NCBI GenBank assembly: GCA_040285825.1
Contig: JAUPSS010000004.1
Location: 6,787,784-6,851,783 of the forward strand
Reading direction: 5' to 3'
Length of the DNA: 64,000 nt
Origin: Eukaryota sp. TZLM1-RC
Taxonomy: Eukaryota; Protista; Metamonada: BaSk clade
Of the stretch, positions 45,757 through 58,030 are shown piece after piece (position 1 is the first letter of the stretch; the number at the start of each line of letters is the position of its first letter). Both the position numbers and the translations under genes were made by a program. The notes beneath the pieces were generated by a model. That model made no database searches. It saw nothing but the letters and a program-made list of their open reading frames with translations, and was not told the DNA's origin.

Positions 45757-47004
45757 CTAATACTTGCGATAAGGGAAAAGTTCACTAATGGAGGGAATTT
45801 CACAAGCTTTTGGGGGTTTTTTACAGTGTTTTGCGAGTGGAGAATCATTATCAAATAGCTTTCTTTGGGAAGTTTTGTTGTCATTTTGCCTTGGACTATT
45901 AGCAATGGAAGTGAATTCATTAAACCAATTCACTGATTTGACAAAGAAAAACGAATTCCTGACCATTAGACACCCCCTCTGAAGCAGCAAATCAGCATCT
46001 TCTGCTGAACTGAGATGAACTGTTGCTGAGGCAAATCCCAAATTACGAAAATAATTGCAGTTAAAGTGAGTGATTCCAATGCCATCCCCAGACAAGGTAT
46101 CACAAACATGGTCAACAAAAAAGTCGATCGAATTAATTGGAAACATCTTAATTATTCTGCTCGAAAATTCATCCCTTGTTTGAACCTGTGATTTCTTTTT
46201 TTTAATACCATGGTTCGAATCAGCTTTGATTAAAGAGCTCTTATTAGCTGCTTCCCAGATGAATTCATCACTCAATATGTCACCAAACTTATTAAGAGGA
46301 TGAAAAATATGAGACCTTCGAACAACTTCAAAAGGAATCCATTTTTGATTATACTTCTTGTGCAATACACATCCATCGTAATAGTTATCATCCCCAAGGA
46401 AAAACTCTAAATACTTACAAAGATTGGTCACTGGACATGAGCATTCATTAAGGGTGAGAGAAGTGGTTAGTTTTGGGTGTTCAAGGTTCAATTGATTTGA
46501 ACGGTTTCCAGTGGCTGGCTCGTAACAAGGATTGATGAACAATTCACCATTGGCAAAAAAATAGACAAAGTAGTATCCGATTGGGAGAGTGATTGGTTTA
46601 GATTTGAACAAACCATGTTCAAATTGATGTAACATTAGCTTTTTTAAATCTTTTTTACTAAAATCAATCAAATTGGGGGAAACAGTTGAGACGATTGCCT
46701 CGATTAAGACTGCTTCATCAGAACGATTCATTGGAGGAGTTGCAACTAACGTTACTGCAAGAGTGGTTTTAGGGGTAGGAGTTCGGGACGAAGGCTTCTG
46801 CTTCTTACTTGTCAACCCAACAGCATTACTGCGAGTTTCAGGTGTAGCTTTCGGTGAAGGAGGTCGTTGTCGAAAAGGAAAATTGGTCCCATGTAACAGT
46901 AGCATAAGCAAGAGGGAAGAAATAATCAGAACAAAAAATTTACAAACAGTGTTCACACGTGTGCGGTGAACACGTGTCCTACAGGTGTTCCTCCTTTTCA
47001 ACAT
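45757..47004 (-). CDS. Hypothetical protein with possible CBM48/AMPK-beta-like and RRM-like segments; start uncertain
   Basis: 415-codon open frame. LPIGYYFVYFFANGELFINP...GNRSNQL resembles the AMPK-beta carbohydrate-binding module; ATVHLSSAEDADLLL...FVK resembles an RRM end. Confidence 0.55.
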   Translation of the reverse strand: MLKRRNTCRTRVHRTRVNTVCKFFVLIISSLLLMLLLHGTNFPFRQRPPSPKATPETRSNAVGLTSKKQKPSSRTPTPKTTLAVTLVATPPMNRSDEAVLIEAIVSTVSPNLIDFSKKDLKKLMLHQFEHGLFKSKPITLPIGYYFVYFFANGELFINPCYEPATGNRSNQLNLEHPKLTTSLTLNECSCPVTNLCKYLEFFLGDDNYYDGCVLHKKYNQKWIPFEVVRRSHIFHPLNKFGDILSDEFIWEAANKSSLIKADSNHGIKKKKSQVQTRDEFSSRIIKMFPINSIDFFVDHVCDTLSGDGIGITHFNCNYFRNLGFASATVHLSSAEDADLLLQRGCLMVRNSFFFVKSVNWFNEFTSIANSPRQNDNKTSQRKLFDNDSPLAKHCKKPPKACEIPSISELFPYRKY

Positions 47005-47343
47005 GTGTCAAAGTGTTCCATTGGTGTTCGTTAGGTGTATACTAATTCATAAAGAAAGAATCTCTAAAGGATTCGTACTAAAACAAAAAAAGTTTATTCA
47101 ACTACAACATTTAACAAAATAAATTCAGAACTAATTGGACCGAAATTCAGTGAACCAAGATTTCCTCTACAAAGTCCTGATCTGTTTGTTTTCTTGTCAT
47201 TGCTTCTCTTATTCGATGGAAGAACCGAGGTAATCTAGCGATTATGGTGAATTGAATTCGTGAACTTTTTTTTCTGCTATTATTATTATTATTTTTTTCA
47301 TTTATGAACTTTTCTGGTTTTTTAATCGGAATGTTTTATTGTT

Positions 47344-49443
47344 TGGGTGGTATTGGATTTACTAAGTCTTCAATTTTGTGTCAATCAGCATTCTTGGGTG
47401 GTGGCAAAATTTTATTTATGAATTTTCTCGTAGATTTCCTGATGATTCTCATCTGTTAGTCCCCAATTGCAGTCCCTATTTGTATGAGTTATCTTGTGAA
47501 CTTGAAAAATTGCCGCCACAAATTTGGACCAAATGTTTTCCTCAATCAATTCAAGAAATTCCAAACCGATCTCTTTTTAATTTACAGTTTTGCTGTAAAA
47601 AGCTTCAACAAAAATTGTCAAAGATTTTTGAAAGCTTGGATTTTGATGTTAGACTTGGCTTGGCCAAGAAAAAGAATCCCGCTTTTGCAAATCTTTTACA
47701 AGATATGTGTGACAGTACTTCTTCTGCCTTAGTAACAACAATTCCACAAGTTTATGGTACTCTCTTATCCGATTCTGCTTGGACTCTGAATATGAGATTT
47801 CGTTCCTTTATCTTTTTTTTTAAAATTTAATTTTATTCTAAACCTATAAATCAACATCTAAAAAATCCATCTCTCCCAAAACAAAAACACTAGATGCAAC
47901 TCTCTCATAGTGAGATCCAAGAGAAAGCAAAGCATCAGAAACCATCTTCAACATCCCCTTAAAAATAGAAAACACAATTCTATTTTGCCAAAACAATCTG
48001 TTGAAATTTCTGCCAGTTCTTCTCTTTACAATCATTTCAAAATCATCCAAAAAACGTAAAGCAGTTGGTGCAAGTGAACCAAAAAGGGAAAATACAAATG
48101 GATACAAATTGTATTTTTGCATGCTGTAGACTGGCCAATTTGGACAAAGGTTCATTGTATTTTTTGAATTTAAAATTTTCAGCATTTGAAAGGGGATTAT
48201 GAATTTCAGAATTAACAAGCCTTTCATTTGAGGCATTACAAGGATCAACAGACATTACATCCAATAAAATGAAGCTTCCATCTAATCCAGGTAATATGAC
48301 ATCACCTCTATTATTCTTATGAAAATCATTTTCAGCATCAAACAGATTTGACAACAAAGGTTCCAAGAAGGATTCAATTCTATGAGATTTACACATACAA
48401 TATAACTGGTCTCTTACAGCATCATGAACCTTGCTTCTAAAAGTAATAAAATGTTTACAATTTAACAAATGAGTAGTTGTAATTTCTTGAGAACATTTAC
48501 AAATTAAATTATGAGGTAAATTATCAGGCCAGATAAAGGAACGAAATCTCATATTCAGAGTCCAAGCAGAATCGGATAAGAGAGTACCATAAACTTGTGG
48601 AATTGTTGTCACTAAGGCAGAAGAAGTACTGTCACACATATCTTGTAAAAGATTTGCAAAAGCGGGATTCTTTTTCTTGGCCAAGCCAAGTCTAACATCA
48701 AAATCCAAGCTTCGTTCCTTTATCTGGCCTGATAATTTACCTCATAATTTAATTTGTAAATGTTCTCGAGAAATTACAACTACTCATTTGTTAAATTGTA
48801 AACATTTTATTACTTTTAGAAGCAAGGTTCATGATGCTGTAAGAGACCAGTTATATTGTATGTGTAAATCTCATAGAATTGAATCCTTCTTGGAACCTCT
48901 GTTGTCAAATCTGTTTGATGCTGAAGATGATTTTCATAAGAATAATAGAGGTGATGTCATATTACCTGGATTAGATGGAAGCTTCATTTTATTGGATGTA
49001 ATGTCTGTTGATCCTTGTAATGCCTCAAATGAAAGGCTAGTTAATTCTGAAATTCATGATCCCTTTTCAAATGCTGAAAATTTTAAATTCAAAAAATACA
49101 ATGAACCTTTGTCTAAATTGGCCAGTCTACAGCATGCAAAATACAATTTGTATCCATTTGTATTTTCCCTTTTTGGTTCACTTGCACCAACTGCTTTACG
49201 TTTTTTGGATGATTTTGAAATGATTGTAAAGAGAAGAACTGGCAGAAATTTCAACAGATTGTTTTGGCAAAATAGAATTGTGTTTTCTATTTTTAAGGGG
49301 ATGTTGAAGATGGTTTCTGATGCTTTGCTGTCTCTTGGTTCTCACTATGAGAGAGTTGCATCTAGTGTTTTTGTTTTGGGAGAGATGGATTTTTTAGATG
49401 TTGATTTATAGGTTTTGAATAAAATTAAATGTTCTAAAAAAAA
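47344..49443 (+). mobile_element. CRE family-1 copy (5'-truncated) interrupted by a nested copy
   Basis: Matches the reverse complement of 1547-2728. Runs 47344-47813, resumes at 48711, ends in an A-tract at 49436-49443. Confidence 0.93.
47814..48710 (-). mobile_element. Nested antisense CRE family-1 insertion
   Basis: Poly(T) at 47813-47821. 15-bp TSD TTCGTTCCTTTATCT at 47799-47813 and 48711-48725. Confidence 0.93.
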
Positions 49444-49459
49444 TTTTCTGCTTGTTGTT

Positions 49460-50320
49460 TAAACAGATTCAACGAAAAAGCAAAAAGAAGTTTCTTACCA
49501 TTCCAATATGGTATTAATACCACTGATGGAATTGCTTCAGCTGTCTTTGCTACAGATGTTTTATTTCATCAACAGGAATCCAATGCATGTTGGTGGATTT
49601 TAATAATGCCTTCAATTCAATTCATCGGTGCAGTATTCATTGTGCTTTGTTGAATTATTTGCCAGAAGTGTTTCCACATAAACAATGCTAATGCTGATAG
49701 AAATAGAACACTTGTTTTTATTGCTTTCCCATTTTCTATAAACAGAAGACTACCAGTAGAAGCAGGAACTTTCTTCGCTCTCAAATTCAATTTGCCATCA
49801 TTAATAAAATTGCCTCGGTTTTTCAATCGAATTAGAGAAGCTTTAGCTAGACATCAAGTAGATCAAAATTTTGTAAAGGAAATCTTGGTTCAATAAATTT
49901 TGTCACATTAGTAATAAGTTAAGTTCGCATGTTCAATATATTAAATTCGGGACACAACAAAAAGACATTAAATCTCTTCATTATTTGACCCAATTTTTGG
50001 AAATCATTTGAAAAAATTTCTTGCTTCTTTTGATAGTCTTCCATTTGTAGAAAATGGAAAAGCAATAAAACCTTATAATAATATCAACCTTATTTCTATT
50101 AGCACTAGAATTTTCGATAACTTTGTCATATTTTCTGTGTCTTTCTTTTGCTTTGTAAATTCAAGAACAACTTCAGAGTTATCAATTAAAACGCAAAAAA
50201 TTACGCCTCTGTCATCAGAACCAAGCTTGTTTAATGACAGTGTTTCTTTCAGCAAAGGCTCTTTAATACATGACAATCTTGCATTTCCTAATTCAAAAAG
50301 TGTTCTTTGACTGCATCACG
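49460..50320. mobile_element. Deleted CRE family-3 fragments (49460-49895 plus strand; 50020-50320 minus strand)
   Basis: Similar to 38700-38900 joined to 40470-40740. MSCIKEPLLKETLSLN..GSDDRG on the minus strand. A further fragment lies at ~53450-53615. Confidence 0.8.
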
Positions 50321-53300
50321 TGTTGGCGCTTTAGGGCTTATATATTATGAATAGAAAAATAAATCAACTTTTCTTTATACCATTAGACTTAAGGCAAGAA
50401 TAATTATTGGCCATTTTAAGTCCAATAATTTCACAACAACAGCTAACCGGATATCTCAACAGCTACTAAGATATCTTGTCGAACATGTCATATGTCTCTA
50501 GAAAGGATACCCCTGACCCCATTTCTTCTCCTCATATGCAGCAAAAACAGGAGCCCATGCAACATACATATTCACATGATGAAAAGGACAACGAGGTAAC
50601 GGCGGCTCCCACCTTTTCCTTTACAAAAACAAGTGATGAATCCACTCCTTCCTTCTGCAGAAGTGACATAAAAAGGGTACAGGTTCGGACCCGAATCCCA
50701 CCTTGAATTTTGTTTTGGTCGAAACAAAGGCTACGAGAACAGACCCAATTCCCTCTCCCCTCAAAAAACTACGTCGCATATAGAGGCTACGAGAACAGAC
50801 CCAGTTCTTTCTCCAATAAGGAAATTTTGTAAACGGAGCTAAGGAGAACGGAGCTGGCCCCCTTTCTCCTCCCGAAAGTAGAACCTGTCGTTAAGGGAAC
50901 GGATGGAAATCCCACCTTAGACACGTCATTTTCTTTAGAAAAGATGATGAATTTCATGCTCAACAAAATAATTTTTGAAGGGGAAGACGACTCAAACAAA
51001 GGGTTCTACAAGCTTCTGAAAGAGGACGCAGAAGCCTATTTCGAGCCAACAGACTTCTGTTTGTTTCCAGAGCTCCCTCTTCTATCTAGATCTGTTCCCA
51101 AAAGAGCAAAAATGCTAATTTTTAGAATCTAGGTTTTGTTGGGGATGCCCGAAGGGTGTTAAAAGCCCATAAACTAAAGGAACGTGCTTATAAAAGCTTT
51201 GGACAAAATAAGTAGAGAAACTTTCGGACGTTATGCAGAGCACTGTCCCAGACTCTCCAATATGGATAAACGGATAAAGGAAATTTCAGCCGTTCTGATT
51301 AAAGATAAAAGCATGCTGACGAAAGAAGCTCCCACTTATTTCAGAAAATATACGGAAATAAAGGACAGCCTGAACCGGACAAGCTCGATCGAATATCACC
51401 TTGGTTCGACGCAGACTCTTTGAATAATAAACATACGGACGATCATCAGTATCTACGTGTAGGAGTCGTCCTAATAACTATGTCCAACAACATGGTAAGT
51501 CGTTCACTAAACAACGAGAATTTAGGCAATGGCTGACAGGAGATCCATCAACATCTCTCCACCTCCCCAAAATACCTGCTCTAGCTCCTATTGATACAGA
51601 GAAAAGTCAAATTCTACAAGTTTGCTCAATTGACAGCATATCTGATCACGTTCCAACAGTGAACGTCCCTAAACCTATAGAGAGAAAAGACGCTACACAA
51701 CCGGAAGAACCAACTTCCTCTCAACCTATGCTCGGCATAATTGGAAAAGACATAGAGTTGAACGCGCCAGTTGTTGAAAAAACGGCTCCCCCTCAATTTC
51801 CTGAAAGAATAATCCCCTTGACAGACCTATGCGTCTCGAGGTCGTGCAATTCTCTAGAAGAGCTATAGATATGAATATAGATTTATGATTTAATTTTGGT
51901 ATGTAGAAGACCTTAGGACGTCTTAAGGATGCTCACCTACATGATTGACCTAACCATCACTGACCTGATCAAAGGTAGCAATGCAATTATATCTTCCGCC
52001 AAAATAGCTGAATATTTCCTAATTGAATTGGATAACATTGCTATATCAAGCGAACTTTTCCTGTATGGACAAGCGAATCTCTGTGGGATGCGCCTAATAG
52101 GACCACAATAGTGGAATTAATTTCGACAACCAGAAGGCAATTCCTCGCCTGGTCTTTTACAGCAGGAAATATACCCACCATGAATATACTCAGGAACAGG
52201 ACTGATGAAAAAGACATTCCTTTGGGACTAACGGCGATGAGAACTTATTCAAGAGGAATAACTCCATCAGCCCAAGCTCCAACAAAACGAGCAAGCAGTT
52301 CAGGTGGCAAATCGAGAAAAACCCCTCAACACAAACATATCCCTGAAAAGCACGAACGAGAGGGCTCAAATTTTGCATATTTTGTAGCAACTTCGAAGGC
52401 AACAACCATGTCGGCCACACTGTGTTTGAGTGAAGAGACCCTCGTTGTGCCAGAAGTAGAGTACCCAAAGCAGATAGCTTCAAATTAGGAGAACCCGAAG
52501 AGCCTGCTAGTAGAGGAAGTGTAGAAAGGTGCCGAGGTCGCCGAGGTAGACGTGTAAGTAGATTTAGATTCAGAGGCTGTGGAGGCCATTTCAGAGGACA
52601 TAAAGGCAGAGGTCAATATAGACTTGTATATAACATCAACACAACAGAAGATATATCATCACATGCATCCCCTACTGAGGCAAAACTGGCCACTTCAAAA
52701 ACAGTTCCTCAAAGACGGTTCAATAACGGCAACCGGAATAACAGGACAGACAACTTTCCTCATCGAATACACATCAACGCAATCAATCACAATCAATCAG
52801 CAACCGATTTAGAAAACCCAGTCAACAACTATGCAACAGTCCAACAAGAACTTTTAATTCCTCTACAAGTGCACCAAACCAGCTCTGATATGAATAGTTT
52901 TTCATATTAATTCTAAGGTTAGTGAAAACCACATCAGATCCCAATGTTCTCCATTTCTAAAACTGAAGATATCACTAAATGATATCAAGATGATTGCGAC
53001 TATTGATTCGGCTGCGTTTTGTTCAGGTATTACTGCAGATTTAGCTGAACAATGCCATATGTCAATCAATAGTGAAGATACTATTCAGTTTTTACCTGCA
53101 ATTGATTTTAAATTGAACTTAGATAAACAATCATCAAGTTCTAATTTTGAGGAACAATTAACAAAACCTGGATGTGTGAAAAAAATAAGATGATATTAAT
53201 AATAAAGTAAAATTGCCGAGTTTATCAAAGATTTTCAGCGATTTTTTAATGAAACTCCAAACAGAAAAGGTATTGTTTGTACTCCTCTTACAATCTACTT

Positions 53301-54569
53301 TCGCGAAAGCCCGTATGAAAGCCCGTATTGTCCACACGGCTGCTAGACGGTTAAACCCAAGCAAATTGTAAATAGCCAACAAAATATTCGACGAAATGAT
53401 AGGGCGCAATGGTCACAACCAGTGAGGAATCTGATAACTGATTTTGACAAACACCTTTTTGCAATAGCAATGAGTGAAGATCTTGATTTTAAACAGCCGA
53501 GCTACATATATATTCAGAAAGATCATTTTCATACATTCCAGTCAATCGTACTTGTAATGTTCGAACAGTGTATTTAAATTTAAAAAAATTCTTGTCGGGA
53601 ATATTACCATTGAATATACCTTAAATTACATTAAATTTGAAAAATATTCGGCTTCAAAAAATAGGGAAGAAGCAGAGAGTCACCAAACATTCAATACTCC
53701 GACTTCAGTAGACAATACTAATTCGTGTTCTTTAGTGTTTTATTTTGACGACCGTGTCCTACGTAAAACCAAACAAAATAAAAAATTGCGTGGATCTTGG
53801 AAAGTGATTGACATTCCTTCCAAGTCCACCTTATTGTTGAAGAACCTTACCACTGGCTCAGAATTAACTTTCTTGGCAGCTTACTGGTAAGCTGTCAAGA
53901 AAGATTGTAAAATCAATAACGCTGAAAACCCACAGGATATTAAATTTCTCAAAGCTTTTGCAGCAGGTGATGCTGAAAAACACGTTTTAGAGGAGATACT
54001 CTTAGAATATAACTTTGACTCAGGTAGTTTCTGTACTGTTCAATGGTTTGGCGGTGAGACAACAGAAGAGGCTCTCCATTTGGTTAAACACTCAGAAGTT
54101 TATAAGTTATTTAGTAAGAATAACAAGAAATGTTAGCCTTGGATAATACTGATATTTATAGTTTTATTGTCTATAGTTTATTCTAGTTTAATATACAATT
54201 GCGCTCTAGCGCTCAAGTCGAAGGAAACCCTTTTGCCTTTATAATAAATCACATTACTTCTTTAAGGTATACTTATGTCTAACCCACACAGATCATCAGA
54301 AAATTGGTAAGCGTACCACTAGTCAACGATACGGTACCTACAATGACTCTACGCCCTTTGAGCGGCCTAGACAAAGCAATAGAATTAAAAAGCGAAGCTA
54401 ATTCTTAGTTTATTCAGTTATTCAGTTATTTGTTATAGTTTTAGTTTCTTACTTATACAAGCTGATTTATTTTGAAAGGGGGAAGAAGCAGTGTTGTCAC
54501 CCTCAGGCTTTTTTATTATGAATAAAAAAATAAATCAACTTTTCTTTATTAAATTAGACTTAAGGAACA
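50321..54569 (+). mobile_element. Degenerate Ty3/Gypsy-like LTR retrotransposon with chromodomain and ~78-bp LTRs
   Basis: Direct repeats at 50321-50399 and 54492-54569 (TGTT...AACA in the 3' copy). PPT GAAAGGGGGAAGAAGCAG precedes the 3' repeat. Gag-like pieces with an RG-rich tract, protease IATIDSAAF (52990), RT start, chromodomain-like EEIL...CTVQWFGGETTEE at ~53990-54110. Confidence 0.7.
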
Positions 54570-55681
54570 CATGTAATGAAAAACGAAAAGTAATGAATTT
54601 AGGACAATTAAGAGTAAGACGTAAGGTGAACTGTGATGAATTAGAACAAATACTGGTTTTTTAATAGAAGCTGGTCAATTGGAATAATTAGATATAGTTT
54701 CATTTTTGTTACAAACGCTTCATTATTAGCACACAGTCCAAATCTTCGTGGCACAATGGTCACAAACAGTGATAAATATGAGCTCCCGTCTTTCAAATGT
54801 TGGGCTTTTTAGTTTCTCGTTGGAATAAATTAAATTTAGTCAGAAAAAATTAATAAAACAAAAATAATCATTTATGTGATATCATGAGTCTAAATACACT
54901 TCCTAGATTACGTCCAGTCATCAAGTGGTTGAAAAGATGACGTTTAACAATGACTTTTTTCCACCATGAAAAACAAATATTTGCAAAAAAGCAAACATGA
55001 ATTGTTTAAGAGAAGAAAAATATAGACAAAATTGAAACGAGAACAAATGTTAATCAGTTCACAAGACATCTTTGGAATATGTTTCAAAGCTGTCAAGTAC
55101 AGCTCATATGCAGTTTTTTACAGTAATTTTACAGCATCGACTGTACAACAGACAAACTGCACATCTCGGATGGTATTAAAGTTCAATAAAATGGTTGACA
55201 AACGACTTCCTGTAAATTGTTTGTCTCATTTGGGAACAGTTCAACCAATTCTTTGTTGAGTTGGTTAACATTACCTTTTGTTAACCTCTCATGAACTCTT
55301 CCACTATTAGTGTGCGGAACATTTTAAATTTTGAAAATTCAAAAACTCCAAGTATTTACAACATAAAATAGTGTGTTAAGTGTACATATCGTGTACAGTT
55401 TAATATAATGTAGTTATGAACAAAAACGGTAAATTCAATTCGTAAACTCATTTATTCATCTAAATTTAAATTCACTCGAATTACATTGAATATCGGATGA
55501 ATACAGTCTATCGCATTCAGTAGTTTTTCAACATTCAAACTAAAGCAAAGACCCTCATTAATGGGACACAAAATCACAATAGCAATAATTTACAGAATAC
55601 ATTTTTGACCTACCGGAAGCCAAGAGACTTTTAAGCAATAACAATGCAAAGGAGGTGACAACTCAAATTGATTTATTTACA

Positions 55682-58030
55682 TTAACTCAAAAGACTATCA
55701 AGATTTGAAGAGTCCACCACTTCGGATGGTACACTGGTAACTGCTCTTCTATGAGTTACTTTAACTTCTTTTCGCTCAGATATAGGGGCAGAAGCTGGCA
55801 ATGGAATCTTTGCTGGTTCTTCAAAACCTTTAAATGTAGAGGGCTTCTCTTCCTGAAGACCACAAATTTTGGAAAAAGGCATTCCTAGGCCTCTTCCACG
55901 AGGTTTCATTTTGGGATTGGCAAGTGAGTTTTTAACACTTCGTATAATTTGACTTTTGACTTGACTATTTGATTTTAAAGAAGAATTCAAATTCAATATC
56001 CTCTCTGCTACCACATCTGTTGCCGTAGACCAAATAGAGGCCATCTTCTTGAAGTAAGAGTCGAACAAATCAATAATATTTTGGACTTGCTGTTCATTGT
56101 CCACAGATAGGCTGAAAATTGTCAACAGAGATCTTAGAGGTTCTAATAAATGTCTGATTGTTTTTGAAGTGATTGAACCTTTGAAAATAACTTCCACACA
56201 ATTCTCAAATGCAGAAACATCTTCAGAAAGTTTACCAAGAATAATACCAGTGATTGGAAACTTAAAGGCTAGGATAGAATCTGCAAAGAACGCAGCAAAA
56301 TCAGATACAAAATTCTGTACAACTTTGCTGACGGCACTTGGTTCCAAAGTATTAACCAAGGGAGAAAGCAAAACACGAAGACCACCAGCAAAATCTCGTA
56401 ATGAAGGTCCATCACTTTCGGAATAGTAATCAAAAAGTTCCTTGACTTCTTGCGAAGCCACATTGACAGCTGATAAGGAAATGTGGCGAAGTACAATTGC
56501 ATTACCATGAAGCAGTTGATCCGTGGCGTGATCCCAACTCGAAATATTCACTCTTGGAGCAGCTTCTTCAAGTGATTTTATCTCATTATTCATATTATTC
56601 ACCACTTTGCTGAAATTATTTGCAAGACAACATAAATTATGTAATGAAATATCCTGATATTCACCAAAAACCCATGACTTAACCAAAGAAACGTACAAAA
56701 CCACCTGACGACTGCATAAATCAATTACTAATTGGAAAAACTGACCCCTATCTTGTCTTAAATGGAGAGAAAGGGTTTGTACAATTAAACGCAGAATGTC
56801 TGTACAAGCAGGGGTTGTCGGAAGTTGATGACGTTTCATCTTCATTGACCCTGCTTGACCAGTCAGAATTGATTGTCTGTCGGTTTTACAAATACTTCTA
56901 ATCCAAGAAGATAGCTGGTTTTCCAGCTGAGCCAAATATTTTTCACTAGCTGGTTTAATAGAATCCATCAAAGGAGGGGAGAGTTTTGTAACCAAATCAT
57001 TACCAAACCTAGAAAGATTTGAGTAGTAACTACCAATCCATTTGACAGTAACTAGTATTTCATCAGCAGGAACTTCTGATTGGGAAATTGAAACAGAAAT
57101 AGAATATAATTGCTTTGACAATTGAGAATGTAGTTTAAAAGTCAATAAGAACAAAGGATCAATTTGAGGTAATTCAGTAATAAATAATGGAGATAAAAAC
57201 CTTGAAACCAATTCTAAATCAGTTTCCAAAAGTTCCGCATGGTTTAATATTTCACCATAAGAATGTTGTTCAATCTCATCATTGGTGACGTCATCATTGG
57301 AGAATTGATTGGAGTCGAGAACTGAATTACATCTTTGCTCAAAACAAAGGTCCAATTTGCTTTTGAATTCATTAAACATCGGTGACTCCACGCCCTCTCT
57401 TTGAAGAATTCTCAAGACTTGTGCAATCAAATCAGGTTGATTTTGAGCTAATGTAATGATTGATGACGTCATGGACAAAACCACCTCAGACAGTTTGGTT
57501 CGAAGATCGTCAATCGTTCGTAGTGAATCATTTATATAAAACCTATTTGCGTCTGGTACACCTTCCAAAAATGAATCTCTTCTTCCTTCCAAGTCCACGA
57601 GCTTCACGTGTAATTCATCCAAAGCAGAAGAAGAAATAGAATTAAGATCCTGGGTGATTAGTTGGAGGTCTTGAAAAGTGGAAGAAACATCAGAGAGCAG
57701 CTGACCAAATCTCTCAACATCTTGTAAAGTAACCTTCATGTTGTGACGAGCCCTAGATACTTTGGCTACCAATGCAAACCAATCATTGCCATGAAGCAGT
57801 TCATTGACTTGGTTGGAGCAGTCACATATGATTTTAGAAGAAGTATAGAGATTAGATGCATGGTTATAAGATGTGTGGAGTGCTTGTAAACCCTGTTCAA
57901 CTGTTTCAAAGAACGTTTGTAAGTCTGTTGCTAGGCGTTCATGAAGTTCCCGGAGAGAGTTCTCTTTGTGTAGAATAATGTTGTCAAGATTGGCAATGGT
58001 AACATTTGAAGGATCTTGTAAGAACTCCAT
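55682..58030 (-). CDS. SEC6: Exocyst complex component Sec6/EXOC3
   Basis: 782-aa helical-rod protein: N-terminal LQDP..IANLD coiled coil, VSRARHNMKVTLQDVE, EILVTVKWIGSYY, TPACTDILRLIVQ, LCCLANN. Recognised by eye. Confidence 0.75.
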   Translation of the reverse strand: MEFLQDPSNVTIANLDNIILHKENSLRELHERLATDLQTFFETVEQGLQALHTSYNHASNLYTSSKIICDCSNQVNELLHGNDWFALVAKVSRARHNMKVTLQDVERFGQLLSDVSSTFQDLQLITQDLNSISSSALDELHVKLVDLEGRRDSFLEGVPDANRFYINDSLRTIDDLRTKLSEVVLSMTSSIITLAQNQPDLIAQVLRILQREGVESPMFNEFKSKLDLCFEQRCNSVLDSNQFSNDDVTNDEIEQHSYGEILNHAELLETDLELVSRFLSPLFITELPQIDPLFLLTFKLHSQLSKQLYSISVSISQSEVPADEILVTVKWIGSYYSNLSRFGNDLVTKLSPPLMDSIKPASEKYLAQLENQLSSWIRSICKTDRQSILTGQAGSMKMKRHQLPTTPACTDILRLIVQTLSLHLRQDRGQFFQLVIDLCSRQVVLYVSLVKSWVFGEYQDISLHNLCCLANNFSKVVNNMNNEIKSLEEAAPRVNISSWDHATDQLLHGNAIVLRHISLSAVNVASQEVKELFDYYSESDGPSLRDFAGGLRVLLSPLVNTLEPSAVSKVVQNFVSDFAAFFADSILAFKFPITGIILGKLSEDVSAFENCVEVIFKGSITSKTIRHLLEPLRSLLTIFSLSVDNEQQVQNIIDLFDSYFKKMASIWSTATDVVAERILNLNSSLKSNSQVKSQIIRSVKNSLANPKMKPRGRGLGMPFSKICGLQEEKPSTFKGFEEPAKIPLPASAPISERKEVKVTHRRAVTSVPSEVVDSSNLDSLLS

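Noticed and set aside
47344-49443. Fold-back or amplification chimera as the cause of alternating RT orientations
   Set aside because: The middle copy has its own poly(A), a 15-bp TSD and SNPs differing from the flanking copy.
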